Part shown: positions 25,788-35,016 of the stretch, in pieces
How the letters are laid out: the number at the start of each line of letters is the position of its first letter
How positions within the stretch are numbered: the stretch's first letter is position 1
Source: Candidatus Amulumruptor caecigallinarius
GTDB taxonomy: Bacteria > Bacteroidota > Bacteroidia > Bacteroidales > Muribaculaceae
DNA: 64,000 nucleotides
Reading direction: 5' to 3'
Assembly: GCA_944321825.1 (NCBI GenBank)
Contig: CALUMU010000006.1
Span: 44,126-108,125, forward strand
Position numbers and translations under genes: made by a program
The notes under the pieces: model-generated
The model's input: only the letters and a program-made list of their open reading frames with translations
Told to the model about the DNA's origin: nothing
Database searches by the model: none

Positions 25788-26699
25788 ATGAAACCGACAT
25801 TATATGTCATGGCTGCCGGTATGGGCAGCCGGTATGGAGGGCTTAAGCAGCTTGACCCGTTAGGCCCATCGGGCGAGACCATCATGGATTATTCGATATT
25901 CGACGCTGTCCGTGCCGGATTCGGTAAGGTAGTGTTTGTCATCCGTCATGATTTTGAGGATGATTTCAGGGCTAAAATCCTGTCGAAATATGAGGGACAT
26001 GTGCCGGTAGATGTCGTGTTCCAGTCGATAGATGCGCTCCCTGACGGATTCGAGGCTCCTGCCGACCGCACGAAGCCGTGGGGTACGGGTCAGGCCGTAT
26101 GGATGGGGCGTGATGCCGTGAAAGAGCCGTTTGCGGTGATAAATGCCGACGACTTTTATGGCCGCGACGCTTTCGAAGTGATAGGGAAAGCCCTCGCACA
26201 TCACAGCGGCAAGCCTGGCGATTACTGCATGGTAGGGTTCAAGGTCGGCAACACGCTGACCGAGAACGGCTCGGTGTCACGAGGCGTGTGCGCCAAGGAT
26301 GCAGACGGGAATCTGTCGGAGATACATGAACGCACGTCCATACACTATGTCGACGGTCCCGGCACTCCGATAGTCTATGATGAGGGGGATACGGCGGTCG
26401 AACTTGCCGGAGATACCCCTGTGTCGATGAATCTCTGGGGATTCACTCCTGATTATTTCGACTATACCGGGCGCGAGTTTGCCCGCTTCCTTGCGGCACA
26501 CGGATGTGAGGCCAAGTCGGAGTTCGGCATACCTACGGTGGTCGATGCTTTGCTGGCTTCCGGCGAAGCTACAGTGAAGGTGCTTGACACCGACAGCCGC
26601 TGGTTCGGGGTGACTTATGCTGCCGACCGTCAGGGCGTGGTGGAGCGTCTGGCCGACATGCACCGCCGAGGGGAATATCCTACGCCCCTGTTTGGCTGA
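25788..26699 (+). CDS. sugar-phosphate nucleotidyltransferase family protein
   Basis: 303 aa with the N-terminal MAAGMGSRYGGLKQL (GxGxR NTP-transferase loop). Substrate unknown. Confidence 0.7.
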   Translation: MKPTLYVMAAGMGSRYGGLKQLDPLGPSGETIMDYSIFDAVRAGFGKVVFVIRHDFEDDFRAKILSKYEGHVPVDVVFQSIDALPDGFEAPADRTKPWGTGQAVWMGRDAVKEPFAVINADDFYGRDAFEVIGKALAHHSGKPGDYCMVGFKVGNTLTENGSVSRGVCAKDADGNLSEIHERTSIHYVDGPGTPIVYDEGDTAVELAGDTPVSMNLWGFTPDYFDYTGREFARFLAAHGCEAKSEFGIPTVVDALLASGEATVKVLDTDSRWFGVTYAADRQGVVERLADMHRRGEYPTPLFG

Positions 26700-26747
26700 C
26701 CGTAACATTTAATACTTCATTCTCTATCCTCAACAGACTCTCATCAT

Positions 26748-26941
26748 GAACTGATTTGAACTTATTGCAAATTAACATTTCGCGGCTGGTTTCGAGGTGT
26801 TTTTGAGCTTTTTGAGGGAGCGATGGGGTTCCATCGTGACCGATAAAAGCGAAGAAAACGGCCGGAAACAGGCCGAAAGGTTAACTCAGCGAGTTGCGTC
26901 AGTTCTGAATTTAACATTTTGAAATAAGTTTAAATCAGTTC
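26748..26941. mobile_element. MITE copy 1 (194 bp, non-coding, terminal inverted repeats)
   Basis: Same sequence as 46056-46249 (7 mismatches by my alignment). The TIRs match at 22 of the first 24 nt. The interior is a long imperfect palindrome centred on GGGGTTCC. It ends 1 nt before ATG 26943. Confidence 0.85.
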
Positions 26942-26942
26942 T

Positions 26943-28532
26943 ATGGTTATAGACCTTCCTCCCTCAGTCAACGGCCAAGAAAAGCAACTTGAACTTAACG
27001 GGCCGACAATAGTAATAGGTGCCAACGGCAGCGGCAAATCGCGGTTTACGCGCCGTATGCGCAGCGAACTCGGCGACAGGGCGTTTACCGTCTCGGGGCT
27101 ACACGGACTATTTGACCCCGATTACCGCGACGACTCGCCGGTGTCGGTGGAAAAGATGTATGCTTCGATGCCGCTTGCCGAGGTGTATGTCTCTCCGCGC
27201 ACCCAGTTAGAGATGCTTCTGAGGATGCTCCTCGGAGAGGAGGTCGGGCTGCTGATGCAGCGGAAAATCAGCGGCAGCGACGAATCCACTCACCGCCAGA
27301 CGCGTCTTGACCGGATGATAAAAGTATGGACGGAGATATTTCCCGACAATGAGATTCTGCCGGTCAACGGACAGCTGCTGCTGAAGCGCGGGCTGGCTAA
27401 TCCGTCATCGTATTCGCCGCACGCACTGTCGGCTGGCGAAAAGGCCGTGATGTATTACATCAGCGCCATGCTGTTTGCTCCGAAGGAGTCTGTGGTGTTT
27501 GTCGACGATCCGGCCATGTTCATGCACCCTTCGGTGGCGGAAAATCTGTGGAACCACCTTGAAGTGCTGCGTCCTGACTGCCACTTGATATATACGACGC
27601 ATGACCTCGACTTTGCGTCAAGCCGTAATGCCGGAGCTATAATATGGGTCAGGGACTATGATGCGCGTGCGGTCAAGTGGGACTATGACATATTGCCGGC
27701 TGAAAAGGGTCTGACGGATGAGATATATCTCGCCATACTCGGTTCGCGCCGGCCTGTGCTTTTTATCGAAGGTGACGGAGTCAACAGCATCGATGCGAAG
27801 CTGTACCCCCTGATATTCAAGGATTTCACTGTCAAGTCGCTCGGCTCGTGCAATAAGGTCATCGAGGCCACACGGTCGTTTAACGACCTCAAAGGCTTCC
27901 ACCATCTTGACAGCCATGGCATAGTGGACCGGGACCGCCGCGATGCCACTGAAGTGGCATATCTCAGGCGCAGGGGCATATTTGTGCCTGATGTGGCTGA
28001 AATCGAGAATATCCTGATGCTTGAGGAGGTGATCCGCACAGTGGCATCGTCATGCGGCAAGAACGAGGATGTGGTGTTTGCCAAAGTCAAGAAGAGCATC
28101 ATGGGGCAATTCCGTACCGATCTGCGCCGCCAGGCACTGCTGCATACGCGCCACAGGGTGAAGCGCACCATGGAATACCGTGTGGACGGACGTTTCAACA
28201 ACATCAACGAGTTGGAAGACCATATCGACGACTTGGTGCATGAAATCAATCCGAGGGCGATGTATGAAAAATTCTGCCGCGACTTCAACGATTACCTGCG
28301 CAACGACGACTACGCGTCGGTGCTGAGGGTGTATAACCAGAAGTCGATGGTACCTGGAAGCAATGTGGCAGGACTATGCGGAATGAAGGACCGAAATGCC
28401 TATCTGCGTCGCATATTGGACCTGCTCAGGGCTGATGGCGAAGCAGCGCGGCGTATACGTCATGCCATAGTACACTGCTTCGGCTTTGACGCATCGGATG
28501 CGCCGGGTAATCAATCAGACAAGCAGAAATGA
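26943..28532 (+). CDS. ABC-type ATPase fused to a DUF4435/Toprim-like domain (OLD-family / merged PARIS-like)
   Basis: 529 aa with Walker A GANGSGKS, signature LSAGEK, Walker B VVFVDDP and TTHD. These are followed by RRPVLFIEGDG and HGIVDRDRRD (Toprim Glu and DxD). The TGA overlaps the menA ATG. Confidence 0.7.
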   Translation: MVIDLPPSVNGQEKQLELNGPTIVIGANGSGKSRFTRRMRSELGDRAFTVSGLHGLFDPDYRDDSPVSVEKMYASMPLAEVYVSPRTQLEMLLRMLLGEEVGLLMQRKISGSDESTHRQTRLDRMIKVWTEIFPDNEILPVNGQLLLKRGLANPSSYSPHALSAGEKAVMYYISAMLFAPKESVVFVDDPAMFMHPSVAENLWNHLEVLRPDCHLIYTTHDLDFASSRNAGAIIWVRDYDARAVKWDYDILPAEKGLTDEIYLAILGSRRPVLFIEGDGVNSIDAKLYPLIFKDFTVKSLGSCNKVIEATRSFNDLKGFHHLDSHGIVDRDRRDATEVAYLRRRGIFVPDVAEIENILMLEEVIRTVASSCGKNEDVVFAKVKKSIMGQFRTDLRRQALLHTRHRVKRTMEYRVDGRFNNINELEDHIDDLVHEINPRAMYEKFCRDFNDYLRNDDYASVLRVYNQKSMVPGSNVAGLCGMKDRNAYLRRILDLLRADGEAARRIRHAIVHCFGFDASDAPGNQSDKQK

Positions 28533-29416
28533 TGCGCAAGGTCAAGGCATGGGTAGAGGCGATGAGGCTGCGGACGCTCCCGGTGTCGGTGGCAGGAGTC
28601 GTGACCGCGCTCGGATTGGCTATGGGCGGTGACCATGAAATACGCTGGTGGGCATGGGTGCTGTGTATGCTTTTTGCCGTGCTGGCCCAGATAGCGTCAA
28701 ATTTCGGCAATGAATACTTTGACTATAAGGACGGTCTCGACCGTCCCGGGCGCGAGGGGCCGCGTCGCGGAGTGACCGAGGGCGACCTGAGTCCGTCGGC
28801 GATGAAATATGCCACATTCGCTACCCTTGGGCTGGCGTGTGGGTGCGGCTGCGGCCTGATATATTGGGGCGGCTGGTGGCTGATAGCGGTGGGCGCGGTG
28901 ATTGCGCTGGCCGCGTTGGCATATAGTGCCGGGCCTTATCCGTTGAGCCGTCACGGTCTGGGCGAAGTGGCTGTAGTGGCTTTTTTCGGGCTCGTGCCGA
29001 TATTGCTGACTTTCTGGCTCATCACGGGCAGCAGTCCGTCATGGGTGCAGTGGTGCGCGGCATTAGGGCTGGGGCTTTTGGGCGCAAACGTTCTTGTGGT
29101 CAACAATTACCGCGACCGTGACGATGACGCTGCGGTAGGGAAGCGCACTTTGGCTGTGCGCTGGGGAGGCAAGGCTATGGTCAGGCTTTATGCCGTCAAT
29201 GCCACTATGGGAGTCGCCATGACTGTGCCTGCGTGGACTTCGCTCGACATACGGCTCGCTGTGATACCTGCCGCTGCATATGTCTTGCTATTCCTGCCGT
29301 TGTGCAGTCGCATGTCGCATGAGACAGGGCGGGTGCTCAACCGTCTTCTCGGAGCTACGGCACGTGCCATGGTGTTGTATTCGCTGACTTTTTTGATTGC
29401 AGGTCTGATGCTTTAG
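28529..29416 (+). CDS. menA: 1,4-dihydroxy-2-naphthoate polyprenyltransferase
   Basis: 295 aa with WVEAMRLRTLPVSVAGV, NEYFDYKDGLD and NNYRDRDDD (UbiA-family Asp-rich motifs in the MenA arrangement). Confidence 0.9.
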   Translation: MMRKVKAWVEAMRLRTLPVSVAGVVTALGLAMGGDHEIRWWAWVLCMLFAVLAQIASNFGNEYFDYKDGLDRPGREGPRRGVTEGDLSPSAMKYATFATLGLACGCGCGLIYWGGWWLIAVGAVIALAALAYSAGPYPLSRHGLGEVAVVAFFGLVPILLTFWLITGSSPSWVQWCAALGLGLLGANVLVVNNYRDRDDDAAVGKRTLAVRWGGKAMVRLYAVNATMGVAMTVPAWTSLDIRLAVIPAAAYVLLFLPLCSRMSHETGRVLNRLLGATARAMVLYSLTFLIAGLML

Positions 29417-29422
29417 ATCTTG

Positions 29423-31072
29423 TCAGCTGATAGCGCCTATGGTCATCAGGTCGGCTTCGAATGTGTCGCGGTTGATGGCTCGGTTTTTCAGACGGTTGCG
29501 GTAGGTGTAGATGGTGTTGATTGACACGCCGAGAAAACGCGCCATGCGCTGGCTGTCGGTTATGCCCATGCGTAGGAATGCGAGGATGCGCAATTCAGGA
29601 TTGAGCGTGGTGTCTTCGGTCTCTGGCAGCTGTGCATCGGGTTTCATAAGTCTGTTGGCCTGGCTCACGAAGTCGGGGTAGACGCTGAGGAATGCGTTGT
29701 CAAACATGTTGGCGAACATCTTGTTCTGTTCAAGCCTCATAGACCCCCCTTTTATGAGAGCCTGTAGTTCTTCTATCTGTCCGGCTGTGATTTTTCTTCC
29801 TGCCAGACGGTTGAGTTCGTCGAATTTGTCGGCAAACAGGCTGGACAGTTCCATAAACCGCGCCAGACTGTTCTCCTTGGCTTCATTGGCCTGGGCGAGC
29901 CGTGATTTGAGAAGCTCAAGCTTCTTGAGGTCGTGCCGGCGTTTTATCAGTATGAGCAGCAGAGCGGCGAAAGCGATAATCAGGCTCGCTGCAAATACTG
30001 TCATCCACGTGAGCTTGCGGTTGTCGGAGCGAGTGTAGGCTTCGATGATGTGAGGCACGGCACGGAACGCTTCGATGGATCTCACAGCCGAGTTTGACTT
30101 GAGCGATTGGCCGAGTCCGGCAGTCATAAGGTCGTAGCTCTGGGATATTTTGTCAAGGTCATACAGTGCGCGGGCCAGACGGATGAGCGCCACACCTTCT
30201 AAGACATAGTTACGCGCGTCGCTGAGGGCTCCGAGGGCGTAATAGTATGCAGCAGTCTTGTTCTGCCCGGTACGGTAGTAGAAATCTCCGGCGCGGGTGG
30301 CGGCGCGGGCGAAGATGTGCGACTCGATGGGCAGGTGGGTCACCAACTCCACATATCCGGCCATGGCTGCGGTGTCGTCGCCGAGGAGTTCGGATTTCTG
30401 GGCGGTCAGGAGTATCTGCAGGGGATTGTTTGGGGGCAGCATCGACACCAACGAGTCGCCATAGGCGATAGATCGTATCTCATAATCGTGCCGCAGCGGT
30501 AGCCGGGCGTAGAGGTCGGCTATAAACAGCATCATCTCGTTTCCGGCCTCGAAATATGCCATGCGGTTTTGCGGGTAGATATTGGAGCTTTCGTGCATGA
30601 AGCCGTTGTGTCCTTCCAACGCCGCTCCCGTGACGGGCATCTGGGCGAACATCTGCAGCAGCAACCTCTGGGCAAGTATATCGTCGCCGCCAAGCCGTGC
30701 ATTGTCGACTCCGAGACGATAATATGTGATGCAGCTGTCCACGTCGAGAGATTCGTACATGGCGGCTATGGAGTCATAGGCTGCAGCCTTATGCAGCGGA
30801 GGCATGGCAGCGGCTCGGTCTTTAAGATATTGTATGCTGTCCAAAAAAGCCGGGATGGCTTTCTTGTTGTCGTTGAGAGCCGAGTGTAGCATCTTGAGCG
30901 CTTCGTCAAGTGACGAAGGCAGCGTGGTCTTGGTAGCGGGGAGCACATCGGCTGTCACGGAAGCCCGCACGGGTGAAGCCGATGCAACCAGAAGCATCAT
31001 GGCGCATATGCTGGCATATGCCAGCAGTCGGCGGAGCAGCCCGTGATTATGGCAGGTTATGGATGTGTCCAT
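29423..31072 (-). CDS. DUF6377-like membrane-anchored regulator with C-terminal HTH
   Basis: 549 aa with a signal/anchor, a TPR-like ectodomain, one TM helix (WMTVFAASLIIAFAALLLILI), a coiled coil, and a C-terminal RMARFLGVSINTIYTYRNRLKNRA helix-turn-helix. Confidence 0.6.
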   Translation of the reverse strand: MDTSITCHNHGLLRRLLAYASICAMMLLVASASPVRASVTADVLPATKTTLPSSLDEALKMLHSALNDNKKAIPAFLDSIQYLKDRAAAMPPLHKAAAYDSIAAMYESLDVDSCITYYRLGVDNARLGGDDILAQRLLLQMFAQMPVTGAALEGHNGFMHESSNIYPQNRMAYFEAGNEMMLFIADLYARLPLRHDYEIRSIAYGDSLVSMLPPNNPLQILLTAQKSELLGDDTAAMAGYVELVTHLPIESHIFARAATRAGDFYYRTGQNKTAAYYYALGALSDARNYVLEGVALIRLARALYDLDKISQSYDLMTAGLGQSLKSNSAVRSIEAFRAVPHIIEAYTRSDNRKLTWMTVFAASLIIAFAALLLILIKRRHDLKKLELLKSRLAQANEAKENSLARFMELSSLFADKFDELNRLAGRKITAGQIEELQALIKGGSMRLEQNKMFANMFDNAFLSVYPDFVSQANRLMKPDAQLPETEDTTLNPELRILAFLRMGITDSQRMARFLGVSINTIYTYRNRLKNRAINRDTFEADLMTIGAIS

Positions 31073-31224
31073 TGAAAGAGATGTATGGATGATGCTTTTA
31101 TGAAAGATGGCGGATGATGGGCAAAATTACTCTTTTTTAGCCATATGCACAAAAACGTTTCGCCGGCACGGCAGCTGTTTCGTGTTTGGTTATGTCGGCT
31201 GTAAGATGTATCTTTGTTTATGTC

Positions 31225-32235
31225 ATGAAGAAATTCTCTGTCATCATACCAGTATATAACCGCATCGATGAGATCAGGGACCTTTTGGAAAGTCTCTCCA
31301 AGCAGACATCGGGCGACTTTGAGGTCATCATAGTAGAGGATGGCTCCACTGTGCCGTGTGAAGCGGTGGTGGACTGTTACCGCGATGTGCTCGCTCTGAA
31401 GTATTTCCGTAAGGAGAACGAGGGGCGGTCCATAGCGCGCAACTACGGCATGGAGCGGAGCGAAGGGGAGTATTTAGTGTTTTTCGACAGCGATTGCGTG
31501 ATACCCCCATCGTATTTCGAGAATCTCGCCAAGGCTCTGGCAGAGAGCCCGTCGGACTGTTTCGGCGGTCCGGATGCTGCGCATGAGTCATTTACCGACA
31601 CCCAGAAAGCTATCAACTACGCCATGACATCGTTTCTGACCACAGGCGGCATCCGTGGCGGCAAGGTGCAGATGGAGAAATTCGTTCCCCGGACGTTCAA
31701 CATGGGCTTCTCGCGAGAGGTGTACCGCAGGGTAGGCGGCTTCCGTGAGATGTTTTCGGAGGATATAGACATGAGCACGCGCATATCCAACGCCGGCTTC
31801 CGCACCACGCTTTACCGCCAGTGTCCGGTGTGGCACAAACGGAGGGTGGATTTCCGCAAGTTCTGGCGGCAGGTGCATGTGTTCGGTATGTCGCGCATCA
31901 CGCTCAAGCTGCTCTATCCCGGCTCGCTCAAAGCGGTCCATACGTTGCCTGCATTGGCGGTGGTTATCGGGTGTGTATTGGTCGCTCTCGGCATATTCGT
32001 CTCGCCGTGGTGGCTGCTCCCTCTCGGAGTCTACCTTGCTGCGATTTTTGCCGATGCTTGTGCCAGGACGCGCAGGTTGAAAGTGGCTGTGCTTGCATTG
32101 CCGGCCTCTGTAATACAGATATGCGGATATGGCACGGGATTCATACGAGCCTATGTCGACAAGATATTGCTCGGCCACGGGCGCGACATAGCCCAGGAAA
32201 TAGAGGTGCGGAAAGGGGCGAACGAGAAACTATAA
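31225..32235 (+). CDS. glycosyltransferase family 2 with C-terminal membrane helices
   Basis: The ORF track starts at 31186, but a TATCTTTG -7 box (31209-31216) lies inside that extension, so I use ATG 31225 (MKKFSVIIPVYNRIDEI..VIIVEDGS..FFDSDC). Confidence 0.8.
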   Translation: MKKFSVIIPVYNRIDEIRDLLESLSKQTSGDFEVIIVEDGSTVPCEAVVDCYRDVLALKYFRKENEGRSIARNYGMERSEGEYLVFFDSDCVIPPSYFENLAKALAESPSDCFGGPDAAHESFTDTQKAINYAMTSFLTTGGIRGGKVQMEKFVPRTFNMGFSREVYRRVGGFREMFSEDIDMSTRISNAGFRTTLYRQCPVWHKRRVDFRKFWRQVHVFGMSRITLKLLYPGSLKAVHTLPALAVVIGCVLVALGIFVSPWWLLPLGVYLAAIFADACARTRRLKVAVLALPASVIQICGYGTGFIRAYVDKILLGHGRDIAQEIEVRKGANEKL

Positions 32236-32247
32236 AGTGAAGACGGC

Positions 32248-32934
32248 ATGAAGATTTCCGAACTCAATGAAGCCGACAAACCTCGCGAGAAGGCTCTTGC
32301 CAACGGCATAGAGTCGCTTACTGACGCGGAGCTGCTTGCCATATTGATGGGGACGGGGCGGCCCGGCACGAATGTCGTGGAACTGTCACAGAAAATGCTC
32401 GGTCACTGCGACAACCGCCTCGAACGGTTTGCGAGGATGAGCATAGCCGAGATGGTCAGGGAGTTTCATGGGGTGGGACATGCCAAGGCCGTCACCATCA
32501 AGGCGGCTCTCACCTTGGGGTCGCGGGCCAAATCGGCGGAGATGAGCGATGTCCGCACCACGGTGTTCTCCTCTCCCAAGCTTGTGTATGACTACATGTG
32601 GGACAAGCTGTCGCGCATAGACCATGAGGAATTTCACGTGCTGCTGCTTTCGAGGGCAGCCACTCTCAAGTCGCGTATCTGTGTCAGCCGTGGAGGCACG
32701 GCGGCTACGGTGGTCGACGTGAAAATAGTGATGCGCCATGCCGTAGAGCATCTGGCCGACTCGATGATACTGGTCCACAACCATCCGAGCGGCAGTCTGA
32801 TGCCGAGTCCGCAGGACGATGACCTGACGCACCGCATAGCCCAGGCCGGTAAACTGTTCGGGATACCTGTGCGCGACCACCTGATAGTCACTGCAAAAGG
32901 CTACTACTCGTATCACGACGAGGGGAAGTTGTAG
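32248..32934 (+). CDS. radC: RadC-family JAB/MPN domain protein
   Basis: 228 aa with LTDAELLAILMGTGRPG (HhH region) and the HNHPSGSLMPSPQD JAMM motif. Confidence 0.9.
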   Translation: MKISELNEADKPREKALANGIESLTDAELLAILMGTGRPGTNVVELSQKMLGHCDNRLERFARMSIAEMVREFHGVGHAKAVTIKAALTLGSRAKSAEMSDVRTTVFSSPKLVYDYMWDKLSRIDHEEFHVLLLSRAATLKSRICVSRGGTAATVVDVKIVMRHAVEHLADSMILVHNHPSGSLMPSPQDDDLTHRIAQAGKLFGIPVRDHLIVTAKGYYSYHDEGKL

Positions 32935-32954
32935 CCTATCCTCGTGACGGTGGT

Positions 32955-33731
32955 CTACACTCCGAGCATCTCGGCGAGCGACTGTAACACATGTCGTGGC
33001 TCGTTGTGTTCCGGGCGGTAAGGGACGACTGTCACATACTGTCTGCCGAGCCAGTATTCGTCGGTCTCAGAATCTCCTTCATCGATATTTACGAAATCGC
33101 CTTGAAGCCAGTAGAAAGGCTGTCCGTGGGGCGATGTGTACTCCTTGTATTCCTCTGTCCAGTAGCCGCGAGCGGCACGGACAACCTTGATGCCGAGCGG
33201 TTCGCACCGTGCAGGGATGTTGACGTTGAGGCATATGCCGTCAGGTAGCCCCGATGCAAGTACGGAGCGGATTATTGTGTCGATAAAAGGCAGTCCTGGG
33301 CCGAAATCTGCTGTCATCGAGTGGTCTGTAAGTGAGAATCCTATGGAGGGAATCCGGGCGAGGCAGCCTTCGGACGCCGCTCCCATGGTGCCGCTGTAGA
33401 CCACGGAGTTGCCGGCGTTGCTGCCGTGGTTTATGCCCGACAACACGAGGTCGGGGCGGCGGGGGGTAATGGATCGGAGTGCGAGCTTCACGCAGTCGAC
33501 CGGCTTTCCGTTGACAGAGTACACCCTGATTCCCTCGCTGTAACCGTGGTGCTCTTTGACAAACAGGGCTGAATTGACGGTAATGGCGCTCGACATGCCT
33601 GATTGCGGGAGGTCCGGGGCCACGGCGATGACATCGCCGTGGAGACGTGCGGCCTCTATGAGTTTGTGGAGTCCGGGAGCGTGGACTCCGTCATCGTTGG
33701 TGACAAGTATCAGTGGACGTGTATGGGTCAT
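32955..33731 (-). CDS. surE: 5'/3'-nucleotidase SurE
   Basis: 258 aa with ILVTNDDGVHAPGL and GINHGSNAG motifs. Confidence 0.9.
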   Translation of the reverse strand: MTHTRPLILVTNDDGVHAPGLHKLIEAARLHGDVIAVAPDLPQSGMSSAITVNSALFVKEHHGYSEGIRVYSVNGKPVDCVKLALRSITPRRPDLVLSGINHGSNAGNSVVYSGTMGAASEGCLARIPSIGFSLTDHSMTADFGPGLPFIDTIIRSVLASGLPDGICLNVNIPARCEPLGIKVVRAARGYWTEEYKEYTSPHGQPFYWLQGDFVNIDEGDSETDEYWLGRQYVTVVPYRPEHNEPRHVLQSLAEMLGV

Positions 33732-33959
33732 CGGTGGAAACTGTCGAATGAAACTGTTGTTTAAAATTATTGTTTAGCTCATTTATGAAACAAATTTAGG
33801 AAAAATTCGTCGGATATGAAGAAATGTGTGTAACTTTGCATATCTCTCCACTGATATGTTCGGCTGATATGCGCGGTTGTGATTTGAAAGACATGTGTGT
33901 GTAATTGTTCCCAACTGTCGCAAAAGCCGCCCACTAACCTTTAAAATGTAAAAAAAAGA

Positions 33960-34364
33960 ATGGTCATACAACGTTGGCAATCAGTTATGCTTCTGCTCGC
34001 GGTAGCGTGCATGGTAGTCTACATTTTTATGCCGGTCGAGGTGTCGGATCTCAACATGTCCCAAAGCCGATATGTCGTAGACCCTAAGAGCAATCCGGGA
34101 CTATGGCTCCCGGCGGCGGTGTCGGCTGTGCTTTATTTTGTGGACATATTCCTGTTCAAGAACTTCAAAAACCAGCTCTGGGCTCTGTTTGCAGCTAACG
34201 GATGCGCCATTATCTCCGGCTTCCTGCTCGTATGGGCCACTATCAGCTCTACACTTGCATGGTCGCTCGTGTTTCCTTTGGTGGCGCTGGTGTTCGGTCT
34301 CATGGCGCGCCATATGATAGTCAAGGATATGAAAAAGCTCCGTTCGTATGACCGTCTGCGTTAA
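33960..34364 (+). CDS. DUF4293-like small membrane protein
   Basis: 134 aa with four predicted TM helices and the N-terminus MVIQRWQSVMLLLA, typical of DUF4293. A TAACTTTG box lies at 33831-33838. Confidence 0.6.
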   Translation: MVIQRWQSVMLLLAVACMVVYIFMPVEVSDLNMSQSRYVVDPKSNPGLWLPAAVSAVLYFVDIFLFKNFKNQLWALFAANGCAIISGFLLVWATISSTLAWSLVFPLVALVFGLMARHMIVKDMKKLRSYDRLR

Positions 34365-34391
34365 CGCCCTCTCATAACAAGTCGATATTTG

Positions 34392-34979
34392 ATGATAGCA
34401 TATAATACAAAATTGAAAAGCCTTATCCTGCCCGAGTATGGCCGCAATATCCAGCAGATGGTGGACTACTGCATGACCATCCCGGACAAGGACGAGCGCA
34501 CGAAGTGTGCCGACACCATAGTCAAGACCATGGCAGTGCTCTTCCCCAAGATACGCGAGCAGGAGGACTACCGTCAGAAGCTGTGGGACCATCTGGCCAT
34601 AATGAGCGATTTCCAGCTCGACATCGACTGGCCGGTAGAGGTGATTTCGGCCGATGTGCGCCAGAGCAAGCCGGAGAAAGTCACATACACATCGGCGGAC
34701 ATGCCATACCGCCATTACGGCAAAAGCATACAGCGTATGATAAGCCGCGCCGTGCTGATGGAGCCGGGCGAGGAGAAGGATGCGTTGATAATGCTGCTTG
34801 CCAATCACATGAAGAAGCTGATGATGGCGTTCAACCAGGACACTGTGGAGGATTCGCGTATATTCAAGGATATGGCAGCGATGAGCCACGGTGAGATACT
34901 GTTGAGTCCGGAACACCACCGTCTGCTCGACTTCCAGATTATAGCACCACCGTCAGGCAAGAAGAAAAAGAAGAAATAA
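34392..34979 (+). CDS. DUF4290-like protein
   Basis: Has the LILPEYGRNIQQMVDYCM motif and a Lys-rich C-terminus. The ORF track starts at TTG 34389; the ATG is at 34392. Confidence 0.6.
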   Translation: MIAYNTKLKSLILPEYGRNIQQMVDYCMTIPDKDERTKCADTIVKTMAVLFPKIREQEDYRQKLWDHLAIMSDFQLDIDWPVEVISADVRQSKPEKVTYTSADMPYRHYGKSIQRMISRAVLMEPGEEKDALIMLLANHMKKLMMAFNQDTVEDSRIFKDMAAMSHGEILLSPEHHRLLDFQIIAPPSGKKKKKK

Positions 34980-35016
34980 CGGACTTCTCAGAAGCAGTAG
35001 CTGACGGCCACAGAGC

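Noticed and set aside
26900-26942. An outward-facing promoter in the MITE right arm driving the ATPase-DUF4435 gene.
   Set aside because: The only TTTG-containing candidate (TAACATTTTG) does not fit TAnnTTTG. I therefore cannot claim a promoter. Transcription may instead read through from the nucleotidyltransferase gene. This is left as an open question under the MITE finding.
32248-32934. RadC/JAB protein as a marker of a mobile or defence island.
   Set aside because: It is flanked by a GT2 gene and surE with uniform composition. There is no integrase, toxin-antitoxin or conjugation gene. RadC is also a common chromosomal gene.
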